Shown piece by piece: positions 9,235 to 18,152 of a stretch of DNA of 32,000 nt. Every line of letters starts with the position of its first letter. The first letter of the stretch is position 1. Source of the stretch: Sutcliffiella tianshenii (GTDB lineage: Bacteria; Bacillota; Bacilli; Bacillales; Bacillaceae_I); assembly GCF_016908565.1 (NCBI RefSeq), contig NZ_JAFBED010000004.1, positions 307,798-339,797 of the forward strand, in the 5' to 3' direction. The position numbers and the translations under genes are program-made. A model generated the notes under the pieces. The model was not told the origin of the DNA. It saw nothing but the letters and a program-made list of their open reading frames with translations, and ran no database searches.

Positions 9235-10104
9235 TTAGTATGAGTAAAGGATATCCCCAATATCGATTGTCGTCAACTTCTCTTTGAAATACGCATGCAA
9301 AAGCTCATTTTCATCCAGCGGCGCCTGCTTTTTATTGCCTTTCATCACGATGATGCTATGCTTGCAATCCCGCTTGAACCTTTGCAGAACCTGATGGATC
9401 TTTTCCGTTTCATCCACGATGATCGGCGTGATTTTCGAAACGGAATTCGTCTTTCCATAGTACCTCTCCAGTAAAAAGCGGATGAATACAAAATGACGCT
9501 GCTTCCATTCCGAGAATAGGGAGTAAAAGAGAAACAGGGAGATGATCCACATATTCAAATGCAGGGGATCTATCACCAGGTAAACCAGGAAAAAGACACC
9601 TAAAGAAACAAACGAATATTTCAAGGTCCGTTCATGGGAAGTCGCAAAAGATGAAAATTTACTCAGTGCGATACTCATCAGCCTGCCCCCATCAAGCGGC
9701 CAGATCGGGAGTAGGTTTACAAGAAAAATCATCAGGTTGAACGAAAAAAACAGCTCCCACATTTCCGGAGATAGGATGTTCATTTTATAAAGGAGGTAGC
9801 CAGCACCTGCGAGCCATATATGCTGCAACGGTCCAGCCAGGGTTACGATCAGTTCCTCCTTCAAAGGGCGGTTTCCATGCTCCTCCATTTCCGCCACCCC
9901 TCCAAATGGAAGAATCAGCACCTGCTTGATTCGCCATGAAAAATAAGTAGCTGCGAGACTATGCCCAAGTTCGTGCACCAATACAATAATGAAGAGAATG
10001 AGCAGCTCCCAGAAATTTGCCGTCAGGATGGCAAGGCCGATCATCAGCCAGAATATCGGATGTATATGGATTTTTTGAAATAGCCTGAGCCATTTATTAT
10101 TCAA
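9235..10104 (-). CDS. spoIVFB: Stage IV sporulation intramembrane metalloprotease SpoIVFB (site-2 protease for pro-sigmaK)
   Basis: TTG start at 10104 overlaps the spoIVFA stop. The N-terminus NNKWLRLFQKIHIHP resembles B. subtilis MNKWLDLILKIHVHP. It has HELGH zinc and NLLPIWPLDGG motifs, multiple TM helices and a C-terminal CBS-like region. Confidence 0.9.
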   Translation of the reverse strand: MNNKWLRLFQKIHIHPIFWLMIGLAILTANFWELLILFIIVLVHELGHSLAATYFSWRIKQVLILPFGGVAEMEEHGNRPLKEELIVTLAGPLQHIWLAGAGYLLYKMNILSPEMWELFFSFNLMIFLVNLLPIWPLDGGRLMSIALSKFSSFATSHERTLKYSFVSLGVFFLVYLVIDPLHLNMWIISLFLFYSLFSEWKQRHFVFIRFLLERYYGKTNSVSKITPIIVDETEKIHQVLQRFKRDCKHSIIVMKGNKKQAPLDENELLHAYFKEKLTTIDIGDILYSY

Positions 10105-10870
10105 ATGAAATCACCTGCATGGGATCGATAAAATCATTGCCTTTTTGTATGGCGAAATAAAACATTCCCTTTGAGCCGTCTTCAAGTGTTGTCGTACGCC
10201 CTATCACCTGTCCGGTCTTGACGTAATCATAAAGCTTGATTTCCACTTCCCCAAGCTGCCCATACCAAGTATAGGTATCATCGTTATGCTGGATAATCAC
10301 TGTCTTGCCTGTATCTTCCTTCTTTCCAACAAACGTCACACGTCCCCCGTCCATCGCCTCCACACTCGAATTCGCCATCGTTTCTACCATGACCCCTTGT
10401 CCATTCGCCTCGAAGCTTTCATACACCTTCGCAGATGCCGGCATCACATATTCCTCACCGCCCTGCACCTTTTCTGTATTCTGCGGCAAAGGAAGCAAGG
10501 CCAATGACTTGCCGAACTGCCCCTCATACCAGGATGAGAAAGCTGTAAATTGAAAGCTCTGCTTCATCGTACTTGTCACAAATTCGCGCGGCTTTTCAAG
10601 AACAGGCGACTGATTTTGAAACATGATGCCCACAACCAGCACCAAAATGGCGGAAGCTAAAATCTTGAATAGAAAGAGCTCTTTATTGAAAAGCGGATGC
10701 TCCTTGTTTCCATCAGGACCACTCTCATAGGAGGTATAGCTTGCATTTCCGTACTTTTCCTCATCGCGCATCACATACGAGGACACCTGATTGCGCTTGG
10801 TGTGCTGTGTTTGCCTTGCCTTTTTTCTCCTTGCAGCCCTTCTTCTTATCTCATCCAACCGATCATTCAT
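10097..10870 (-). CDS. spoIVFA: Stage IV sporulation protein SpoIVFA (degenerate LytM/M23 domain, regulator of SpoIVFB)
   Basis: 257-aa ORF with a basic N-terminus, one TM segment (LFLFKILASAILVLVVGIMF) and a C-terminal LytM-like domain (VTFVGKKEDTGKTVIIQHNDDTYTWYGQL ... GMFYFAIQKGNDFIDP). It is translationally coupled to spoIVFB. Confidence 0.85.
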   Translation of the reverse strand: MNDRLDEIRRRAARRKKARQTQHTKRNQVSSYVMRDEEKYGNASYTSYESGPDGNKEHPLFNKELFLFKILASAILVLVVGIMFQNQSPVLEKPREFVTSTMKQSFQFTAFSSWYEGQFGKSLALLPLPQNTEKVQGGEEYVMPASAKVYESFEANGQGVMVETMANSSVEAMDGGRVTFVGKKEDTGKTVIIQHNDDTYTWYGQLGEVEIKLYDYVKTGQVIGRTTTLEDGSKGMFYFAIQKGNDFIDPMQVISFE

Positions 10871-11096
10871 ACAAACACCCTTCCCCCTATTATGTTTGTA
10901 CCATTTTATGACTTGTCCTTTTGGGATATGACGATGTGGGTGAGATTTTTGGAAGGAGGGAAGAATGGTAACATGAAAACTTGAGCAATTGTGGAACCGC
11001 TATAAGACTGGCTATTATCGCTAGAAGTAGACTTTCTGGCAGGGCTCAGCTAAAGAAAATACCGCTTCTTCCAGGCTGAATGACGTTGTTACGGCG

Positions 11097-11243
11097 TCTA
11101 TTGAACTTTTTTGAATGTCTATCGAACTTTTTTCAGTTCCTATTGTACTTTTTTTGACTTCTATCGAACTTTTTTGAGGTTCTATCGACGTTTTTCCTGA
11201 TTCTATCGAACTTTTTCCATTTTGATCCAACTTTCAACTCCAC
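11097..11243. repeat. Tandem array of seven ~21-bp repeats, consensus TCTATCGAACTTTTTTnnnnn
   Basis: Units are 11097-11117, 11118-11137, 11138-11159, 11160-11180, 11181-11201, 11202-11222 and 11223-11243 (the last is degenerate). The total is 147 bp, or 7 x 21. Each unit carries a T5-7 run, so the runs are in phase with two helical turns. Confidence 0.85.
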
Positions 11244-11263
11244 ATCCGCTCCAGAATCACAAT

Positions 11264-11293
11264 AAAAAAACAGGCGGGAACATCCCCGCCTGC
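11264..11293 (-). terminator. Intrinsic terminator after the glycerophosphodiesterase gene
   Basis: Minus strand: GCAGGCGGG-gatgtt-CCCGCCTG followed by T7. It begins 8 nt after the stop codon. Confidence 0.7.
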
Positions 11294-11300
11294 TTCTAGT

Positions 11301-12287
11301 TTATTCCCCGTCCTTCATCGCAGGGCCGATCAGGTCGATCCTGTTTGTCCAGATATAACCGGTAAAACGCTCAGGTATGCGCTTGAGATCCTCGACTTTG
11401 TCAAAGCCTTCAGAGAAGCCCCCATCACCGGCGACGATGATGACCCTTGTGTCCACTTTATCCATGCGCTCGTAGAATTTCCCTGTCCAGCCCCAGAGCC
11501 ACGGCCCGATTTTCTCGGGAATATGAAGCTGGGTGTTTTCACAGGATTCAGGAACATAGCCTGTCCAGCCGATTGCAATGTATGGATACATGCAGCTTTT
11601 CATCGTTGCCATGGACATGACACGGATCACAGGCATCTCTTCCTTTAAGGCAGCGATCGGTTTATCCCCGCCGTAAACACTGATATTCGCGCTATTTCCA
11701 ACAAAATCATAATCCTTCAGATACTTTGCAAGAAGCCTGCCTTCTTCCGGGTCATCACTTTTAATATGAATCAGCAGTTCTTTATCAGGGAATGCCTGAA
11801 GCACCTGTCCGAGTGTCGGCATTAGGCCTACTCCTTTTCCACGGAACGGATAGGTTTTGCCATTGTCGGCAGTATAGCCGTATCCGATATCCAATGCCCG
11901 GAGTTCTGCCATCGTATGCTCTCTTGTCACACCTTTCCCATCTGTCCGGCACTCCAAGGTCCAGTCATGAAAAACGGCAAACTCCCCATCGGTTGTCGGC
12001 TGCACATCAAGCTCCACGATATCCGCCCCGGCTTCAAAGGCCGCTCTCATCGACGGGATTGTATTCTCCAGATACTCATGCTCAGGTTCAAAGATCCGCT
12101 CGGCGGTACAAGTATCATTTTCAATCCCCTCCATACTGAACGTCTGATGGACTCCGCGATGGGCCAATAATAGCGGCTCCTCCTCGACAGGTCCTGAGAA
12201 GATCGAAGTATTGGTGATGAAAAACAGGATGCCCAACAGGAAAAGTGCCAGCAAAATATTCCTAGATACCTTTTTTCTTGCTTTCAT
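11301..12287 (-). CDS. Membrane-anchored glycerophosphodiester phosphodiesterase (GDPD) family protein
   Basis: 328-aa ORF with an N-terminal TM anchor (ILLALFLLGILFFI). GDPD signatures are LLAHRGV, ENTIPSMRAAFEAGADIVELDVQPTTDGEFAVFHD and LLIHIK. A GGAAGGAG SD lies upstream. Confidence 0.8.
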   Translation of the reverse strand: MKARKKVSRNILLALFLLGILFFITNTSIFSGPVEEEPLLLAHRGVHQTFSMEGIENDTCTAERIFEPEHEYLENTIPSMRAAFEAGADIVELDVQPTTDGEFAVFHDWTLECRTDGKGVTREHTMAELRALDIGYGYTADNGKTYPFRGKGVGLMPTLGQVLQAFPDKELLIHIKSDDPEEGRLLAKYLKDYDFVGNSANISVYGGDKPIAALKEEMPVIRVMSMATMKSCMYPYIAIGWTGYVPESCENTQLHIPEKIGPWLWGWTGKFYERMDKVDTRVIIVAGDGGFSEGFDKVEDLKRIPERFTGYIWTNRIDLIGPAMKDGE

Positions 12288-12361
12288 GTATGTATAATGC
12301 TCCTTCCAAGCGCCTTGTTTTTGATATGTATATATTTTACACCAATCTTAGCAAAAACTTC

Positions 12362-12403
12362 CGAAAAACAAAAGAAACCGCCCCTTTCTGTTTAAGGGCG
12401 GCT
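12362..12403 (-). terminator. Intrinsic terminator after minD
   Basis: Minus strand: GCCGCCCTT-aaacaga-AAGGGGCGG (one bulged G) followed by TTTCTTTTGTTTTT. Confidence 0.65.
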
Positions 12404-12414
12404 TCTCACCTGGA

Positions 12415-13212
12415 TTAACGAACTCCAAAGAATTTCTTGATTTTAAACATGACACCCTTGTTTTCCTCTTCCAAGGATTGCAATGGAACCGACTCACCAA
12501 GGATGCGGCGGGCGATGTTGCGATATGCGATGGATGCTTTGCTTGTAGGATCCATGACAATCGGCTCTCCGCTATTGGAAGCCCGGATCACGCTGTCGTC
12601 ATCTGCAACGATTCCGATGATATCAATGGCAAGTATCGATACGATCTCATCCACATCCAGCATTTCCCCGTTTTTCACCATATGGTTGCGAATGCGGTTG
12701 ACTACTAATCTAGGCGGCTCGATAGCTTCTTTTTCCAAAAGCCCGATGATGCGATCTGCATCACGCACCGATGAAATTTCCGGTGTAGTGACGACGATGG
12801 CACGATCGGCACCGGCGATTGCATTCTGGAAGCCTTGCTCGATCCCTGCCGGGCAGTCGATGATGATGTAATCGTAATCCTGCTTCAGTTCGTTTATAAG
12901 CTTTTTCATCTGTTCCGGCTTAACAGCTGTTTTATCACTTGTTTGTGCAGCTGGAAGGAGCTTCAGGCATTCAAAGCGTTTATCATTGATTAAGGCTTGA
13001 TGTGTTTTGCAACGTCCTTCAACAACGTCAACTAAATCATAAATGATGCGGTTTTCAAGTCCCATTACGACATCCAGATTTCTGAGTCCAATATCTGTAT
13101 CTACTAAACATACACGTTTTCCTGCTAAGGCAAGAGCGGTTCCTATATTTGCAGAAGTTGTCGTTTTGCCGACTCCACCTTTACCAGACGTAATTACGAT
13201 AGCCTCTCCCAC
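12415..13212 (-). CDS. minD: Septum site-determining ATPase MinD
   Basis: 265-aa ORF with the deviant Walker A SGKGGVGKTT, DTDIGLRNLD and a C-terminal amphipathic membrane-targeting helix (GVMFKIKKFFGVR). Confidence 0.95.
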   Translation of the reverse strand: MGEAIVITSGKGGVGKTTTSANIGTALALAGKRVCLVDTDIGLRNLDVVMGLENRIIYDLVDVVEGRCKTHQALINDKRFECLKLLPAAQTSDKTAVKPEQMKKLINELKQDYDYIIIDCPAGIEQGFQNAIAGADRAIVVTTPEISSVRDADRIIGLLEKEAIEPPRLVVNRIRNHMVKNGEMLDVDEIVSILAIDIIGIVADDDSVIRASNSGEPIVMDPTSKASIAYRNIARRILGESVPLQSLEEENKGVMFKIKKFFGVR

Positions 13213-13215
13213 TTA

Positions 13216-13902
13216 TTACATTCTCCTTTCAAGCCTTGTTAACATTGGTCTTAGATGTGAAAGCAACTGTAAGCGATCTATGATAATTTGTTCATTCTTA
13301 TCAATATAGGCGCATTCCATTTCATTGCTCCCCTCAAGCTGTTCACTTAAGTCCGGGGCACGGTTTATCGTTTCGGATATGGAAAGCAGCGTAGGTCTCA
13401 TAAGACTTGCAGCGATGACAGCCTCATTGTTTCCCAAAAGACCCGCATATGCATTTCCACGCAGGGCCCCCAATACGAAAATATTGCCGCCCGCCTTCAC
13501 CGTCCCACCTGGGTTCACATCACCAATCAAGAGAAGATCTCCTTTAACTTCGAGGACTTGTCCTGAGCGAACCATCCTTGCTACTGGGACAATTTCATTT
13601 TCTTCTTTCCACTGTATGGCCTGTTCTTTTGTGATGACATTACTTTCAATCTCTTCGACAATAAAATTCTTTTTACTGCGGATGACATTGCGTAATTTCT
13701 CTTGTTGCTTATTGGTTAAAAAACGATTCCCGACCTTCAGGCGTACACCAAGTAAAGGCGAATCATCCGGATTGCTATTCGACGCTAATTTTGCTTCTAT
13801 TTCAGCTAAAAGCTCTTGAAACGAGCATGTATCATCGAGATGCAGAGTTAGGCCCTCTTTCGTGCCCTTAATGGTTACATACTGTTGTTTTTGTCTATTC
13901 AC
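13216..13902 (-). CDS. minC: Septum site-determining protein MinC
   Basis: ORF track 13216..13935. GTG 13902 is preferred because GAGGTGA lies 5 nt upstream and the product starts [24 protein letters not shown], aligning with the B. subtilis N-terminus [24 protein letters not shown] (from memory). The C-terminal beta-helix includes GDVNPGG and GNIFVLG. Confidence 0.9.
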   Translation of the reverse strand: MNRQKQQYVTIKGTKEGLTLHLDDTCSFQELLAEIEAKLASNSNPDDSPLLGVRLKVGNRFLTNKQQEKLRNVIRSKKNFIVEEIESNVITKEQAIQWKEENEIVPVARMVRSGQVLEVKGDLLLIGDVNPGGTVKAGGNIFVLGALRGNAYAGLLGNNEAVIAASLMRPTLLSISETINRAPDLSEQLEGSNEMECAYIDKNEQIIIDRLQLLSHLRPMLTRLERRM

Positions 13903-14032
13903 GACGTTCACCTCAACAAGTATATAATTCGACATAGTCCTTCTATTTCCTTTTTCCTATGCGCATAAAAAATAAAAAAAGATTACTAGATTCATTATGT
14001 AGAACAAAAGCTGACTGAATCAGACAGCTTTC

Positions 14033-14554
14033 TTAGAGTTCATCCTTTTGTTCATATGCCAGCTTTTCCATGAACAATTTCAATGGAAAGATAAAGATCA
14101 ATGTGAAAATGGCATTGAAGATCAAGGTCGGCACAAGTCTGCCGGTCAGATAATCCTGATGCAGGATATTCGTGGTACCGATCAGGGTATGGATGCTGTA
14201 CACCAGATATTCCACTCCTGCAACTGCCAAGACAATCATAAAGAAAGCAATGAATATATTAGCCTGCAGCGCCTTCATCAGCTTCGATACAAAATAGGAG
14301 GCAACAGGATAGGCAAATAGATATACTCCCAATACTTCCGTATAGACAATATCGTAAAGAAGTCCGAATACCATGCCGAAAATGATCCCGATATAGGAAC
14401 CTGTATAGATTGTGCAAAGAATCAAGGTAATAAGCACATACCTCGGGACTATCACCCAATCCTCCTTGATGTTCCCCAGGAATAATATGTCGACCGTCAT
14501 GCTTTCCAAGACAAACAAGCAAAGAATAAGGGCTGGCAAGACATACTTCCTCAC
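14033..14554 (-). CDS. mreD: Rod shape-determining protein MreD
   Basis: 173-aa polytopic membrane ORF. It overlaps the mreC stop by 4 nt and sits in the conserved mreBCD position. Confidence 0.9.
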   Translation of the reverse strand: MRKYVLPALILCLFVLESMTVDILFLGNIKEDWVIVPRYVLITLILCTIYTGSYIGIIFGMVFGLLYDIVYTEVLGVYLFAYPVASYFVSKLMKALQANIFIAFFMIVLAVAGVEYLVYSIHTLIGTTNILHQDYLTGRLVPTLIFNAIFTLIFIFPLKLFMEKLAYEQKDEL

Positions 14555-15450
14555 TCAGAATCCCCCTCTTCTGTTGCTTCTTCAACAGGCTCATCCACTG
14601 GTTCTTCGTCTCCGGAAATCAACGTGCGTTTCACTATCATCACTTGACTGATATCATAGAAATTTGCTGCCGGCTTTATGTAGGCCATCTGTGTAAGCCC
14701 ATATTCGTCCGGAACGACCTCCGTGACTTCCCCGATGATAAGGCCTTCCGGGAAAATCCCGCCAAGTCCGGAGCTCAATACAGTCTGCCCTTCTTTTACT
14801 TCCGCCTGATGAGGGATCCTTTTCAGTAATAAAGCACCCTTTTCATCATCATAGCCTTCTATCAATCCGAAGATGCTTTCATCTCCCTGGATATAGGCCG
14901 AGATGCGGTTTTTCGGATCAAGGGAGCTTAAAAGCTGTACGGAGGAAGTAAATGGATTAGCATGCTTAACCTTACCGATCAAGCCGCCTGCTGTGATGAC
15001 AGCCATGTCCTTTTCCACACCGTCCTGCTTCCCTTTATTCAATATGATCTGCTCGCGCCACTGATCCGGATTTCGTCCGATGACCGTAGCAGGCAGTGGA
15101 TCGTAATCCCTGAGCGAATCGAGTTCACCGATCACTTCTCTTATTTCTGCGTTTTCCTGTTCAAGCTTGTGCGCTTTTGTCTCGAGCATTGCGTATTCTT
15201 CTAGTCTAGCACGCAAAAGTTTATTTTCCTCATACGTATTCTTCAAGTACTCAACATTCTCAAAGAAACCCGCAACATAATGTGCGGGCCGATAGAAAAT
15301 GGATTGCACAAAGCCTGTCGAGTCTTTTACAAACTGTTCAGGCCATGTCAATTGGTCCCGTTCTTTCAAGGAGAAACCAATCAATGCCACTAGAATAATT
15401 AAGCTCACCAACAAAATGATCAACCTCTTATTGAGGAAAAATTGCGGCAT
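14551..15450 (-). CDS. mreC: Rod shape-determining protein MreC
   Basis: 299-aa ORF with an N-terminal TM segment, a coiled coil (LLRARLEEYAMLETKAHKLEQENAEIRE) and beta-barrel domains (VITAGGLIGKV, VLSSGLGGIFPEGLIIGEV). Confidence 0.9.
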   Translation of the reverse strand: MPQFFLNKRLIILLVSLIILVALIGFSLKERDQLTWPEQFVKDSTGFVQSIFYRPAHYVAGFFENVEYLKNTYEENKLLRARLEEYAMLETKAHKLEQENAEIREVIGELDSLRDYDPLPATVIGRNPDQWREQIILNKGKQDGVEKDMAVITAGGLIGKVKHANPFTSSVQLLSSLDPKNRISAYIQGDESIFGLIEGYDDEKGALLLKRIPHQAEVKEGQTVLSSGLGGIFPEGLIIGEVTEVVPDEYGLTQMAYIKPAANFYDISQVMIVKRTLISGDEEPVDEPVEEATEEGDSE

Positions 15451-15467
15451 GACTTAACACCTTCTTT

Positions 15468-16484
15468 TTAGCGATAATCTCTTGATTTCTTCTTAAATTC
15501 GTCAATATAATCCAAAGCTTTACCTGTTCCGATTGCCACACAATCCAAAGGATTTTCCGCAATGATGACAGGCATTTTCGTTTCATCACTAATCACTTTA
15601 TCCAGATTGCGAAGCAAAGCCCCTCCACCTGTCAGGACAATTCCGCGGTCCATGATATCTGCGGCAAGCTCTGGCGGCGTACGCTCCAAAGTCGCCTTGA
15701 CAGAATCAACGATTGCAGTAACTGTATCCTTCAGTGCCTCTTCCACTTCTTTAGCAGAAATCTCGACTGTTTTCGGAAGACCTGTCAACAAGTCGCGGCC
15801 GCGGATATCCATCGGTTCGATAGATTCAGAATCACCGGCAGATCCAACTTCAAGCTTCAGCGCTTCAGCCGTTCTTTCCCCGATCATCAAGTTGTAATTT
15901 TTACGGATATAAGCAATGATGGCATCGTCCATTTCATCCCCTGCAACACGGATGGATTGGCTTGTCACAATTCCCCCTAAAGAAATGATTGCAACTTCTG
16001 TCGTTCCGCCACCGATATCCACAACCATGGAACCTGTTGGCTCCCAAACAGGAAGATTTGCACCGATTGCCGCTGCAAATGGCTCTTCGATCGGATACGC
16101 ATCGCGTGCACCGGCTTGGCGTGTCGCATCGATAACCGCTCTTTCCTCAACTGCGGTAATCCCTGATGGCACACACACCATCACATATGGCTTACGGGAA
16201 AAAGCGCTCTTATTGCGCAATGCCTGCTTGATGTAGTATTTCATCATCGTCGCCGTTGTTTCATAATCAGCGATGACCCCATCCTTCATCGGACGAAGCG
16301 CCACCACATTACCAGGTGTACGACCGATCATATTTTTCGCATCGTTCCCTACAGCAACAATCTGCTTTGTGTCGGTCTGAAGTGCCACAACCGACGGCTC
16401 GCGCACAACAATCCCTTTTCCTTTAATAAAAACTAGTGTATTGGCTGTTCCCAAGTCAATACCAAGATCTCTCGTTCCAAACAT
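15468..16484 (-). CDS. mreB: Actin-like rod shape-determining protein MreB
   Basis: 338-aa ORF with [31 protein letters not shown] and [11 protein letters not shown] motifs. Confidence 0.95.
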   Translation of the reverse strand: MFGTRDLGIDLGTANTLVFIKGKGIVVREPSVVALQTDTKQIVAVGNDAKNMIGRTPGNVVALRPMKDGVIADYETTATMMKYYIKQALRNKSAFSRKPYVMVCVPSGITAVEERAVIDATRQAGARDAYPIEEPFAAAIGANLPVWEPTGSMVVDIGGGTTEVAIISLGGIVTSQSIRVAGDEMDDAIIAYIRKNYNLMIGERTAEALKLEVGSAGDSESIEPMDIRGRDLLTGLPKTVEISAKEVEEALKDTVTAIVDSVKATLERTPPELAADIMDRGIVLTGGGALLRNLDKVISDETKMPVIIAENPLDCVAIGTGKALDYIDEFKKKSRDYR

Positions 16485-16677
16485 AAATGTGTATCTCCCT
16501 TTCTGAAACTAAATGCTTAATTGGTGTGGTTAAAAGTGATAAAAGCGGACAGCTTGCCCTCATTTATTTCATTAACATGTGGATAATGTAGTTTTAAGAA
16601 GATAAAGCTTGGAAAGAAAAGTCCCTTCCAAACTCATGAGTAATATTATAGCGTAGGATAAGAAAAAAGCATAGTAC

Positions 16678-17373
16678 TTACACATAGCCTTTTTCTTTTA
16701 AACTGATGAATTTCTGATCGCCGATGATTAAATGGTCCAAAAGCTCTATTCCGATCAGTTTGCCGCATTCATTGAGCCTTTTTGTCACATCAATATCCTC
16801 ACGGCTTGGCGAAGGATCTCCCGAAGGATGGTTATGAAGGCAAATAAAGGAAGCGGCTGAACGACGAAAAGCTTCTTTGAACACCTCGCGGGGATGCACG
16901 ATGCTGGCATTCAGGCTTCCGATGAAGATGGTCTGCTGATGGAGCACTTGATTTTTTGTATTGAGGTAAAGACAAACAAAATGCTCCTGCGTCAAAAAAC
17001 GCATATCTTCCATCACATAATTGGCTGCATCCTCCGGCGACCGGATCACATAGCGGTCTTCATACTGAAGCCGGTGGATGCGCCGACCAAGCTCGACTGC
17101 AGCCATGATCTGGACTGCCTTGGCACTGCCGATCCCTTTGATGCTCATCATTTCATCAACGGATGCATCCTTCAGCAACCGCAATCCCTCAAACGAGGTC
17201 AACAGGCGATTTGCAAGCTGCAGGACGGATTCTTCCTTCGAGCCTGTACGGAGCATGATCGCCAAAAGCTCATGATTGGACAGGCTTTGCGGCCCGTCTT
17301 GAATCAGTCTTTCCCTTGGGCGTTCGTCTTCAGGATAGTCCCTTATCATTAAAGAAGTAGTTGGTGCTGTCAT
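16678..17373 (-). CDS. radC: RadC-like JAMM-motif protein
   Basis: ORF track 16678..17418. ATG 17373 is preferred because an AAAGGGGGA SD lies just upstream. It has an N-terminal HhH region (SNHELLAIMLRTGS ... IKGIGSAKA) and the JAMM motif HNHPSGDPSPSREDI. Confidence 0.9.
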   Translation of the reverse strand: MTAPTTSLMIRDYPEDERPRERLIQDGPQSLSNHELLAIMLRTGSKEESVLQLANRLLTSFEGLRLLKDASVDEMMSIKGIGSAKAVQIMAAVELGRRIHRLQYEDRYVIRSPEDAANYVMEDMRFLTQEHFVCLYLNTKNQVLHQQTIFIGSLNASIVHPREVFKEAFRRSAASFICLHNHPSGDPSPSREDIDVTKRLNECGKLIGIELLDHLIIGDQKFISLKEKGYV

Positions 17374-17427
17374 TTTTATCCCCCTTTGCTTTATTCCATT
17401 ACAAAAGCAAGAGGGCAATCTACCGCA

Positions 17428-17985
17428 TTAAAAGAAGCTCTTCAGTTCACGAACCGTTTTAGACAAAGGCAGTCCGACCACAGAGAAATAATCACCATGG
17501 ATCTCTTTCACAAACAAGGCTCCAACTTCCTGGATGCCATAGCTACCGGCCTTATCCATCGGTTCTCCTGATTTGATGTAATATTCGATTTCCTCATCCG
17601 TCAGCTCCCAAAACGTAACCGCTGTCTTTTCAAAAAATGTCACATGCCTATCTCCGCTCACAATCGCAACCCCGCTTATTACATAATGAGTATTGCCACT
17701 CAGCATCTTTAACATGTATGTTGCTTCGTCTACATCTTTGGGTTTGCCAAGAACCAAACCGTCATGGACCACTATCGTATCTGCGCCGATGATGACAGAT
17801 TCCCTATTATCCCTGGCAACATCTTCAGCTTTCTGAAGAGCCAGGTTCATGGCAATTTCTTCTGGATTCATTTTGGGGTCAAAGGTCTCTTCGATCGTAC
17901 TGACCTTCACTTCAAAGGAGAGTTTTACTTGTTGGAGGAGCTCCTTTCTTCTGGGGGATCCTGAGGCTAAAATTAGAGGCTTCAT
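17428..17985 (-). CDS. maf: Maf nucleoside-triphosphate pyrophosphatase (septum formation protein)
   Basis: 185-aa ORF with LILASGSPRRKELL, GADTIV and AGSYGIQ motifs. Confidence 0.9.
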   Translation of the reverse strand: MKPLILASGSPRRKELLQQVKLSFEVKVSTIEETFDPKMNPEEIAMNLALQKAEDVARDNRESVIIGADTIVVHDGLVLGKPKDVDEATYMLKMLSGNTHYVISGVAIVSGDRHVTFFEKTAVTFWELTDEEIEYYIKSGEPMDKAGSYGIQEVGALFVKEIHGDYFSVVGLPLSKTVRELKSFF

Positions 17986-18100
17986 GCATTATCACCTTTT
18001 CCTGGAATTTTTCAAACAAGAGAGATACAAGGTTATCGTAACACATAAATCAGCCTTGTAACAAACAAATACCAAACAGAATCAAAACATGCATTTCTAC

Positions 18101-18138
18101 ATAAAAACAGGCCCCAAAACATTGTTTTGGGAACCTGT
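18101..18138 (-). terminator. Intrinsic terminator after the spoIIB-like gene
   Basis: Minus strand: ACAGG-tt-CCCAAAAC-aat-GTTTTGGG-g-CCTGT followed by TTTTAT. It lies 15 nt after the stop. Confidence 0.65.
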
Positions 18139-18152
18139 TTTCATTGAATATT

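Noticed and set aside
10871-10990. A sigma-E-type promoter for spoIVFA (TCATAAA ... CATAATAG)
   Set aside because: The spacing between the two elements is about 10 nt instead of about 14. The -10-like element also sits too close to the SD and start codon to give a translatable mRNA. No convincing promoter could be called.
11021-11230. A 69-aa ORF with (K)SSIExx heptad-like repeats
   Set aside because: The periodicity simply mirrors the 21-bp DNA repeat. It starts at TTG directly after an intrinsic terminator, leaving no room for a promoter. The repeat has only one hydrophobic position per seven residues, so it is not a coiled coil. It is kept as a repeat feature, and translation cannot be formally excluded.
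11097-11243. Possible CRISPR array
   Set aside because: The repeats are directly adjacent with no unique spacers, the units are only 21 bp, and no cas genes or leader are present.
14009-14029. A hairpin after mreD as a possible terminator
   Set aside because: The stem is only 5 bp plus 2 bp with a T-T mismatch and a poor U-tail. In addition, mreBCD-minCD are known to be co-transcribed in B. subtilis.
16578-16586. A perfect DnaA box (TTATCCACA on the minus strand) upstream of mreB
   Set aside because: It is a single isolated 9-mer. One chance occurrence in 64 kb of two-strand sequence is not improbable (roughly 1 in 4), and there is no cluster of boxes and no AT-rich unwinding element.
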